Positions 1-6,986 of a stretch of DNA of 17,944 nt are shown here, piece by piece. A model generated the notes under the pieces. The model was given only the letters and a program-made list of their open reading frames with translations. It made no database searches and was not told the DNA's origin. A program made the position numbers and the translations under genes. The stretch's first letter is position 1. Each line of letters starts with the position of its first letter. The stretch spans positions 1 through 17,944 of the forward strand of contig JAWBTW010000014.1 in assembly GCA_039000165.1 (NCBI GenBank), in the 5' to 3' direction. This stretch comes from Candidatus Aenigmatarchaeota archaeon. Lineage in GTDB: Archaea; Aenigmatarchaeota; Aenigmatarchaeia; CG10238-14; SCSR01.

Positions 1-234
1 GAAGAAAAAAATAAATTGTGCTTAAGCGAGAATGAAACTTTATACTCGAGATATGAAGGACCAGAAAAGGATAACGAATGCACAAAAGATGAAGATTGCA
101 AGATAAGCGGTTGTAGTTCGGAAATATGCCATTCTGAACGTTTATTTTCAGCCTGTGAATTAATTACTACTCCTATAGATTTAGGTTGTACTGCTTGCAA
201 GTGTGTTAAAGGAAAATGTAAATGGGTAAGATAA
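1..234 (+). CDS. 5'-truncated protein ending in an eight-cysteine-cluster-type domain (probably surface/secreted)
   Basis: Frame is open from base 1 (EEKNKLCLSE...), so the TTG at 16 is probably internal. C-terminal pattern C-x4-DC-x3-GCSSEIC...C...C-x2-C-x-C-x4-C-x-W resembles the archaeal eight-cysteine-cluster domain. Confidence 0.7.
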   Translation, partial: EEKNKLCLSENETLYSRYEGPEKDNECTKDEDCKISGCSSEICHSERLFSACELITTPIDLGCTACKCVKGKCKWVR

Positions 235-247
235 TTTTTGCAATCAG

Positions 248-275
248 CAGAAGTTAACTTCTGTAAATTTATATA
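248..275 (+). promoter_or_regulatory. Perfect 16-bp palindrome CAGAAGTTAACTTCTG followed by TATA-like TTTATATA
   Basis: Palindrome at 248-263 and TATA-like box at 268-275, in the intergenic gap before the 290..1222 ORF. Confidence 0.45.
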
Positions 276-289
276 GAAGTTTAATACGT

Positions 290-1222
290 ATGATATTTCC
301 AAGGCGAATTAAAAATGAATTTTATTTTAACTTTCGACGTACCAAGAAAGAATTCAGCGCTAGAAAAGGCAGCAACAACTTTAAAAATTTATTTTCAGTT
401 AATGAAATTGTGAAAGAATTAAAAAAACTAGTAGAACACTTAGAAAGAAGATTTGAAAAAAACGGTAAAAATTTTTTAAGTGAAATCTACGAAACCTGTA
501 AAATTGTAAAAAAAGTTAAAAATGAAATCTCTTGTGCTGTTAGTAATTTTTTAAAATGTGACACGGAGGCTGACTTAATCTTCAGTATATCTCCTTTTAG
601 AGATGATGACGACTTGATTTCTTTAGCAAGCATTACTGCACGTTCCCGTTCTAACTTAACTCCAGAGAATTTCGAATATGCTGAACCTTATTACTGTATT
701 TGTGTAAATCCACTCGCATTAACTACTTACGCAGAAGAAGCTTTTCCGATTCCAAAAGAAAAATGCATAAAAGCTGTTTTAGCCGAGGAGTTTGCACATA
801 TTGGCATCGAGAAAAAATACAAAATGGAAAAGCTAAAGCTTGAAATTTTCGTAAACAAAAGATTCAAAGGTAAAAAAGTCCCTCTTTGGTATGTAATCGA
901 CTATCTCTACATATTAGGTGGAAAAGAAGAAGCTTGTGCTATGTATGTAGCTAATCAAATAGTTGGTTTTAAATTTTACACTCCTGATAATATCTTGGAA
1001 AATATTTCACAAATTGAAATAAGAGAAGAGGATTATTTCAAGATTGGTGGCAAATTAACTACATGTTTTGAAAAAGCTTTTGCAGCTTATCTTTTGAGAA
1101 GAATAAAGAACCAAAAAGATTTTGAAAATTTTTTACTTGGAATAGATAATGTTACCAAAGAAGAGATTAAACTACTAGAAAAATCTTTACTTCTAGCTGA
1201 TTACTTTAGACTAAAAGAATAA
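290..1222 (+). CDS. Hypothetical protein with a zincin-like EExxH motif; real start may be GTG at 410
   Basis: 310-aa ORF. VLAEEFAHI (785-799) and downstream EEACA (926-940) resemble a gluzincin HExxH...E arrangement. A TATA-like TTTAAAA at 381-387 lies about 25 nt before an in-frame GTG at 410. Confidence 0.6.
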   Translation: MIFPRRIKNEFYFNFRRTKKEFSARKGSNNFKNLFSVNEIVKELKKLVEHLERRFEKNGKNFLSEIYETCKIVKKVKNEISCAVSNFLKCDTEADLIFSISPFRDDDDLISLASITARSRSNLTPENFEYAEPYYCICVNPLALTTYAEEAFPIPKEKCIKAVLAEEFAHIGIEKKYKMEKLKLEIFVNKRFKGKKVPLWYVIDYLYILGGKEEACAMYVANQIVGFKFYTPDNILENISQIEIREEDYFKIGGKLTTCFEKAFAAYLLRRIKNQKDFENFLLGIDNVTKEEIKLLEKSLLLADYFRLKE

Positions 1223-1251
1223 AAAATGAAGAAAAAAGACTTCATCCAAAT

Positions 1252-1608
1252 TTATTCAGTCTCTTCTTCGGTTTCTTCTTCTGGGATTTCTTCCGGCTCT
1301 TCCTCTGGCTCCTCGGTCTCTTCTTCCGGAACTTCTTCAGGCTCTTCTGTTTCTTCTTCAGTCTTAGCTTTTGAAATTTTTTCTCCTATTCCAAACCTGT
1401 TTCTCACTTCTTTTATTCTTATGTGAGCCTTTTCTCCTTTCTTTGTGTTTCCCACAAAGACTACAAAGTTCTTTATTCTTGCTATTCCGTCGCCTTTTGA
1501 GCCGACTTCATTTATTTCCACATCATATTCTTCCCCAACCTTTATCGGTTTGGGAAGGTTTGCATTTTGACCAAACCTTTTAAAACCCCTTCTTTCAAAC
1601 CTTGGCAT
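1252..1608 (-). CDS. Single-TRAM-domain RNA-binding protein (archaeal RNA chaperone type) with acidic C-terminal tail
   Basis: PIKVGEEYDVEINEVGSKGDGIARIKNFVVFV...GEKAHIRIKEV is the typical archaeal TRAM signature. GGAGG SD sits upstream of the ATG. Confidence 0.92.
   Translation of the reverse strand: MPRFERRGFKRFGQNANLPKPIKVGEEYDVEINEVGSKGDGIARIKNFVVFVGNTKKGEKAHIRIKEVRNRFGIGEKISKAKTEEETEEPEEVPEEETEEPEEEPEEIPEEETEEETE
1255..1362 (-). repeat. Low-complexity tandem repeat encoding (T/P)EE(E/V/I) units in the TRAM tail
   Basis: Translation TEEETEEPEEVPEEETEEPEEEPEEIPEEETEEETE; degenerate 9-12 nt units. Confidence 0.8.
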
Positions 1609-1627
1609 TTTAAAACCTCCTTTCCTT

Positions 1628-1657
1628 ATCTACTCAGAACTAGAAATCTGAGTAGAT
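1628..1657 (-). promoter_or_regulatory. Perfect 11-bp hairpin in the TRAM gene leader, just upstream of the SD
   Basis: ATCTACTCAGA (1628-1638) / TCTGAGTAGAT (1647-1657) with an 8-nt loop; on the minus strand it is followed by AAGGAAAGGAGG-N7-ATG. Confidence 0.6.
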
Positions 1658-1804
1658 TTAGTTAAGAAAAAGCATTATCCTTACTTCTCAACCTCCACTT
1701 TATTTCTTCTTGTTTGATATATTTAAGCTTATCGCTACTTAAAAGTGAGTAGATTTAAAAACAAGTTAGTAAAGTTTAAAGCTTTTACTTCCTAAGTTTT
1801 TTTG

Positions 1805-2362
1805 ATGCCCGAAAGCAATAAAGTAGAGGAAGTTTACATAGATGCTGTGAAAAAGCTAAGGGCAAGCTTTCCAAAGTTTGTTATCTTCTTGGGCTTAGCT
1901 TACATAGTATGGCTTCTTTATTCCCATTTCTTCTTCCAGCTAAGTAAAGAAAGCACTTTGGGAAATATAGAAGTTGCAAGGCTGGATAGCTTAATAATAA
2001 TCTCAGCAACTTTAATTTTAATTATTGCCTCTTTTATCGAGATAAAAAACGTTGCAGATGCTTGCGCAGGTTTAGTAACTTCTTACATTTCTTCAGAAGG
2101 AAAAATAGAAGAAATAAGAGTAGAAAAAGTAAGAAGAGCTTTCAGGACAACTTTTTACATTTTACCTTTCACTATAGCTTACTTAATTTTTTCTAAACTT
2201 TTTGAACAAGTTTTTCCTTTGTTAACAACCATAATTCCTTTGATTATAGTAATCTGGGTTGTTATAGCATCTATTATGCTAGCTATGGTTTTAGGTTTGG
2301 AATTGGAGGAAGCTGCAAAGAATTTTGTTGAAAGGTTAAGAAAAATTAAACCAAAAAAGTGA
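1805..2362 (+). CDS. Hypothetical integral membrane protein (about 4 TM helices)
   Basis: Four hydrophobic segments. ATG at 1805 preferred over TTG at 1802; TATA-like TTTAAAA at about 1775-1781 suggests a leaderless transcript. Confidence 0.75.
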   Translation: MPESNKVEEVYIDAVKKLRASFPKFVIFLGLAYIVWLLYSHFFFQLSKESTLGNIEVARLDSLIIISATLILIIASFIEIKNVADACAGLVTSYISSEGKIEEIRVEKVRRAFRTTFYILPFTIAYLIFSKLFEQVFPLLTTIIPLIIVIWVVIASIMLAMVLGLELEEAAKNFVERLRKIKPKK

Positions 2363-2423
2363 CGAATAGAAAAACTTATTAGCTTATTTTTTCATAATTT
2401 ATTTGATTAAAAATGAATAGAAT

Positions 2424-2482
2424 GCCCCATCTCAGGAAGTCATGTTATACTTTTTCTGGAAAAATTGACTTAGAGTTGGGGC
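2424..2482. other. Long imperfect stem-loop (possible structured leader or ncRNA)
   Basis: GCCCCA/TGGGGC, CTC/GAG, AAGTCA/TGACTT and TTTTT/AAAAA helices are nested around a CTGG loop. Confidence 0.5.
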
Positions 2483-2526
2483 TTTAAGGGATGATCCTTC
2501 TAAAAATTCTCTACTAAACGGGGACC

Positions 2527-2942
2527 ATGCAACTATAGACTTTTGTGAGATTTGCGAGCTTGAAACAGACGAGCTAATAAACGCAAATTCATTTGTAATC
2601 TGTAAAGACTGCGCAGAAGATTTCGATTTGAAAGAAGTTGAATACGATTCTTCTGAAAAATGTATAGTTTGCAACTGGCCTATAAACAGAAAGTTAAGCA
2701 AGGAAAACATAAAAAAATTCTTGGAAGGGATAAAGTCTTGGTTAAAAGAAAATTCCTCTCAAGAATTAAGAGAAAAAATTGAAAAAAAGCTAAAATTTCT
2801 AGAGAACAAAGAAATTAGTATTTGCAGGTATGACTTCTTCTTGACAGTAAAAGAAATTGTAGAGAGCGAAAGTGAAGAATTAAGCAAAAAATTCGAAAAA
2901 ATTTTGAAAGCTTTTGATTTTGGAGGAAGCTTAATAAGCTAA
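2527..2942 (+). CDS. Cys-rich probable zinc-binding protein; start unresolved (coding frame extends well upstream of the TTG at 2628)
   Basis: Frame of the 2628 ORF is open from 2469 and encodes ATIDFCEIC...VICKDC before CIVC...ICRYD. No in-frame ATG/GTG/TTG lies upstream; the ATG at 2527 is out of frame by one base. Confidence 0.6.
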
Positions 2943-2960
2943 AAGCTAAAATAAAAAAAT

Positions 2961-3656
2961 ATGACAAAAAAGCTTTTTTGGGAAGACTCTTACCTTAAAG
3001 AGTTTGAAGCAAGGGTCTTGAGAATAGAAGGAAATAAAGTAATTCTTGACCAAACATGCTTTTATCCTAGAGGTGGAGGCCAGCCTTGCGATACAGGAGA
3101 AATAGAAGGGATAAAAGTTTTGGAAACTTTAAAACAAGAAGAAGAGATAATTCATGTTCTAGAAAAAGAGCCTTCTTTTAAAATTAACGATTTGGTAAAA
3201 GGAAGAATTGACTGGGAAAGAAGATATAAGCTAATGAGAATGCATACCGCAGCCCACATCATAAGCGCAATAATCAATAAAGAAACTCAAGCTTTGATAA
3301 CAGGGAATCAACTTGACTTGCAAAAGTCAAGAATCGATTACAGCCTAGAAACTTTTGATAGAACTTTAATAGAGGATTGTATAAGAAAAGCTAACGAAAT
3401 AGCAGCTCAAGGCTTAGAGGTTAAAACTTACTTTTTAAAAAAGGAAGAAGCAGAAAAAATTCCAAGCATTACTAAACTCGCAAAAGGTTTGCCAAATTTA
3501 CAGGAATTCAGGATTGTTGAAATCGTTGGTTTAGATTTACAGGCTGATGGAGGAACTCATGTTAAAAATACAAAAGAAATAGGAAGGATAAAAATTGAAG
3601 GAATGGAAAACAAAGGGAAGGACAATAGAAGAATCTACTTTTCTCTTGAACCTTAA
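2961..3656 (+). CDS. alaX: AlaX-M-type trans-editing alanyl-tRNA deacylase (misacylated tRNA-Ala)
   Basis: LDQTCFYPRGGGQPCDTG, RMHTAAH and DGGTHVKNT zinc-binding motifs; 231 aa fits AlaX-M size. Confidence 0.93.
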   Translation: MTKKLFWEDSYLKEFEARVLRIEGNKVILDQTCFYPRGGGQPCDTGEIEGIKVLETLKQEEEIIHVLEKEPSFKINDLVKGRIDWERRYKLMRMHTAAHIISAIINKETQALITGNQLDLQKSRIDYSLETFDRTLIEDCIRKANEIAAQGLEVKTYFLKKEEAEKIPSITKLAKGLPNLQEFRIVEIVGLDLQADGGTHVKNTKEIGRIKIEGMENKGKDNRRIYFSLEP

Positions 3657-3687
3657 GGATTTAAGCTTTTTCTTTCGATTTTTAATC

Positions 3688-3918
3688 ATGAGTGAAGTTC
3701 CTTACTGGATGGAAAAGTCCGAGTTTAAAGAAATAGTCAAAAGACTTAGACAGCTGGAAAATTCTGAAGCTTATGAGAAAGCTGAAATTTACTGTAATAA
3801 AATTTGCAAAAAGTGGAGAATTAATCCTATGAGTTGCGCTTATAAGTGCGAAGTTTGGCTCTTGAAAAATGAAATCCTAAACAAAAAGAAATGCGCTCAA
3901 GTTTCCTCTTCAAAATAA
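3688..3918 (+). CDS. Small hypothetical protein with twin Cx3C motif (76 aa)
   Basis: ATG at 3688 follows the alaX stop and a TATA-like TTTAAG at about 3660-3666. The longer 3595 start overlaps alaX and is unlikely. Contains CNKIC-x9-CAYKC. Confidence 0.6.
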   Translation: MSEVPYWMEKSEFKEIVKRLRQLENSEAYEKAEIYCNKICKKWRINPMSCAYKCEVWLLKNEILNKKKCAQVSSSK

Positions 3919-6359
3919 CTTTCTTTAATTTCTGGTCTTACATAACCACACTTTTTACACTCGTATATTTCTATATTTCTTCCAGAATAGGTTTTTCTCA
4001 TTTTTATGAAACATCTTGGACAGATAACTTCTTTTTCCTCCAGGCTAATACTCTTTTTAGGTTTGAAAAGTTTTCTAAGGTATAAAACAAGAAGAACTAT
4101 TGGAACAAAAGCAAGTAAAGCCAAGCCAATATAAAGCAAGTTTAAGCCTTCTTCCTCCTTTTTTTCTTCCTCGCATTCTTGCTCTTCAACGTATTGTAAA
4201 CATGTAAAGTTTGTTTCTTCGCCACAATAATAAGATGTTCTATTCCTTCTTCCTTCTTTGCATTCGCTCCATCCACTTGATTCAGGACAAACAGGACATT
4301 CAGGTAAAGGTAAAGCTACTTTTTCCTCTCCTCCTATAGCAAAAAGAGAAAATCCTGGAAGTTCTGATTCAAAGTAAAGGTATAAAGAGTCTTCATCTAT
4401 TTTATAAGTTTCTAACTTTTCCCATGAAGTTGTTAGTCTGTAGAAGTTTATCGTACTTCCATTAATGTTTTTAGAATAGACCCAAGATTTTTCTACTTTA
4501 AACCCTGCGATTATTTTTTCAAGATTTTTCTCGTTCAAGTTTTCCTTAGAGAATTCAAGATAGTAATAAACTTTCTTATCTAGCCTTAAAGTTGGGTCTA
4601 TAAGAGATTCTGGTATTCTCTGAATTCTGATTATGAAATTGTAAGTTGAAACGTTTGCTTTTAAAGTCAGGTTGTACAAAAGAAAGTTAGAAAAAGTGAA
4701 ATTTCTTGTTTGATTCTTATCTATACATTTAACAACTAGAGTTGCATTTTTTTCTTCACTTAAAGTTATAAAGTCTTGGGAGCATGTTGGTGGAGAAGGA
4801 ATAGGAGAAGGTTGAGAAGGTTTTACACAATTATTATTTACACAAACATATCCTTCTGGACAGCCGCACCTGCTACCACAACATCCTGGTGAACCTGGAC
4901 AAGAGCAATCATCTAGGCAATTAAAACATGTTTCCCCTGAATCACATTTTCGATTTCCACAATAAACTTCTGGAAATGTTGTGAAAGAATAGATTAAAGA
5001 GGAATTCCAGTAGTTGTTTGAGTTGTTAGCATGGAAACGAAAAGCAATTTTTGCTCCTACTGTTGAGTTAATCACTTTTGTTACGTTAGACCAACACTCT
5101 TTATAAGGGTTTGAGCACACATCAGAAGTGAAAGGAACCCAGCTGTCAATTATCCAAGCACTTTCTTCTTCACCAAAGCTTATTGTTGGTTCTGGATAAG
5201 AGTACTTCCTTATTCTCACAAAATCCCAGTAAGCATCGTAAGAAATTATTCCATCACAACTCCACCAACAAGCTCCAGCGTTACTTACTAGTTGGAGCTT
5301 AAAAGGTAACTCAAAAATTCCTACAGGATTTCTGGTTGCAAAGTAATTACCTATCATCATTAGAGTAATGTTTTCTCCAAATTTTGTATAAGTAAAATTC
5401 TCTATAGCATTAGTGTAATCTGAAGGATTAGAAGACCCTGAAGCTCCATCTTCCCACCAATTAATCGCAACATAGTTGTCTCCTTGCAAGTTTATTCCAA
5501 TCCCCCAGTAATGGCTTTGATTATCTACAAGAATAGGAGCAATTACTGAACCAAATCCTCTACAATAATCTAAATTTGAATAATTTGCTAAAACTTCTAC
5601 TATAAAGTTTGAGGCTTCTATATAATTTGTGGTAAAAGTATAGCCGCACGACCCTGGACATGATTGATCTAGAACAGGGTCTTGAGACCAAGAATAAACA
5701 TGCAATTTCCCGTCTCTAACCTCATAATATTTACTGCAATTTTGCGTGGAATATTCAGTAACATTCCACTTGCTTAGATTCAAACTTGTACCAGCAAAAT
5801 CTTCAAAAAAATCAAAAGTTTCTTCTGGGTTTGAGGCAGAGCTCATTTCAGAATTTCCGTAGTATAGATAAATTGTCTTTTTACTTGAAGCAGGAATAGA
5901 AGGAACTTTTACCCAGATTATTGTTTGTGAAGTATTGCAACCAGACTCTATCCAATAACTCAAGAATTTATCATCATCCTTAAACCTTATATCCTCGCAA
6001 TCGCTTCGCATTTTACCTTGCGAAATTAAAGCTTGAGTATCTAAAACTATTCTTACCTGATAATCTGTTAAACCATTAGAGTTTGCAGTATTGTCTATTA
6101 CTAAAGCTTTCCTGTATAAAAAATTTGGGTCAAAGCTTAAACAATGACTTCCGTTCCATGTGCCGTTGCAAAATTGAAAAACAAAACCTGATAAACCAGA
6201 ATCGTCAAACCATTTAAGACTAAACAAGGTAGGTTTTCCCGCTACTGTTGAGTTTGTTGAATTACAACAATATTGAGGATAAGACTCGGGAGAAGCATAA
6301 GACTCGATAAAGAAAAATAAGATAAGAGTTAAAGTAACGAGCAGCATCAATACTTTCAT
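3897..6359 (-). CDS. Membrane-anchored surface glycoprotein: signal peptide, DUF2341 domain, Cys-rich repeats, PGF-pre-PGF domain, TM helix, cytoplasmic zinc ribbon
   Basis: Hydrophobic N-terminus. DYQV..LDT..LI..GKM..DC.DIRF...YWIE...IWVKVPSIP....TIYLYYGN is DUF2341-like. FKVEKSWV...ESELPGFSLFAIG is PGF-pre-PGF-like. TM LLYIGLALLAFVPIVLLVLYL, then CPRC...CKKC. Many N-x-S/T sequons. Confidence 0.85.
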   Translation of the reverse strand: MKVLMLLVTLTLILFFFIESYASPESYPQYCCNSTNSTVAGKPTLFSLKWFDDSGLSGFVFQFCNGTWNGSHCLSFDPNFLYRKALVIDNTANSNGLTDYQVRIVLDTQALISQGKMRSDCEDIRFKDDDKFLSYWIESGCNTSQTIIWVKVPSIPASSKKTIYLYYGNSEMSSASNPEETFDFFEDFAGTSLNLSKWNVTEYSTQNCSKYYEVRDGKLHVYSWSQDPVLDQSCPGSCGYTFTTNYIEASNFIVEVLANYSNLDYCRGFGSVIAPILVDNQSHYWGIGINLQGDNYVAINWWEDGASGSSNPSDYTNAIENFTYTKFGENITLMMIGNYFATRNPVGIFELPFKLQLVSNAGACWWSCDGIISYDAYWDFVRIRKYSYPEPTISFGEEESAWIIDSWVPFTSDVCSNPYKECWSNVTKVINSTVGAKIAFRFHANNSNNYWNSSLIYSFTTFPEVYCGNRKCDSGETCFNCLDDCSCPGSPGCCGSRCGCPEGYVCVNNNCVKPSQPSPIPSPPTCSQDFITLSEEKNATLVVKCIDKNQTRNFTFSNFLLYNLTLKANVSTYNFIIRIQRIPESLIDPTLRLDKKVYYYLEFSKENLNEKNLEKIIAGFKVEKSWVYSKNINGSTINFYRLTTSWEKLETYKIDEDSLYLYFESELPGFSLFAIGGEEKVALPLPECPVCPESSGWSECKEGRRNRTSYYCGEETNFTCLQYVEEQECEEEKKEEEGLNLLYIGLALLAFVPIVLLVLYLRKLFKPKKSISLEEKEVICPRCFIKMRKTYSGRNIEIYECKKCGYVRPEIKESYFEEET

Positions 6360-6398
6360 GAATATTAATTGTTGTTTTATTTGATTATTATTTTAAGC

Positions 6399-6932
6399 TC
6401 AAAATATCCAAGAATACAAACTTCTTTGCTTTTCTGTTGCATACTCAAAAAATATTTCTGAGAAATCGTAGCTTGATTTTAAGTAATTTTTATTTTGTGA
6501 GTACTCCTTAAGCAAACTTTCCAGTTTTACCTTTAAATCATTTAATTCCTTGTATCTAAAAAATTTTTTTATAGCAGGGTTTCCTATTATTGTAACGCTT
6601 ACATTAGCATCTTCTTTTGCTAAAGCTATTACGTCAATATCGTATTCGTCACAAATTCTTAGTTCTGCACCAACACCAAAAGAAGGGTTTGTTAGTTCTG
6701 CTATAACCAAATCACAACTTTTAACCTTTTCTAAATCAAAGTTGTAAAGGTTCTTTACTATTTCTTCTGCTTCTAGAAAAATTTTTTTCATCTCTTTTCT
6801 TGTGTCTCTGTGAGGAAGCCAAACCTCAAAACCTAAAGATTCACAAACTTCTGCAATAATTTCATAAATTTTTTGATTTTCTGGTTTACTTTGGTCAAGT
6901 CTTCCTGCAACAAAAACTTTAACTCTTTCCAT
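6399..6932 (-). CDS. Nucleoside 2-deoxyribosyltransferase-superfamily protein, Rcl/DNPH1-like nucleoside-5'-monophosphate N-glycosidase
   Basis: KVFVAG, D...V..CDLVIAELT.PSFGVGAE (catalytic Glu) and VSVTIIGNP match the NDT/Rcl family motifs. Confidence 0.85.
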   Translation of the reverse strand: MERVKVFVAGRLDQSKPENQKIYEIIAEVCESLGFEVWLPHRDTRKEMKKIFLEAEEIVKNLYNFDLEKVKSCDLVIAELTNPSFGVGAELRICDEYDIDVIALAKEDANVSVTIIGNPAIKKFFRYKELNDLKVKLESLLKEYSQNKNYLKSSYDFSEIFFEYATEKQRSLYSWIF

Positions 6933-6986
6933 AAAAAAGTGATTCGAGACTAAAGTTTAAATTTATATTTCTTCTTTCTTTAGAAG

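Noticed and set aside
1255..1362. CRISPR-like array
   Set aside because: Short degenerate in-frame coding repeats with no spacers and no cas genes.
1226..1583. Plus-strand ORFs 1226-1426 (Ser-rich) and 1371-1583
   Set aside because: Antisense shadows of the TRAM gene; the poly-Ser is the reverse complement of the Glu repeat.
2442..2482. Selenocysteine or UGA read-through from ATG 2442 with the hairpin as SECIS
   Set aside because: The UGA is not in a Cys-like context, the hairpin contains the UGA rather than lying in a 3' UTR, it lacks a clean archaeal SECIS GAA/A core, and UGA acts as a normal stop elsewhere in the window.
2486..2516. Fluoride riboswitch (GAUG...CUCUAC resemblance)
   Set aside because: Required pseudoknot pairing and second UGAUG element are absent; no crcB-like gene follows.
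3545..3560. AlaX DGGTH instead of CGGTH as a sign of inactivation
   Set aside because: Asp can ligate zinc and, as I recall, D variants occur in other archaeal AlaX proteins; the other motifs are intact.
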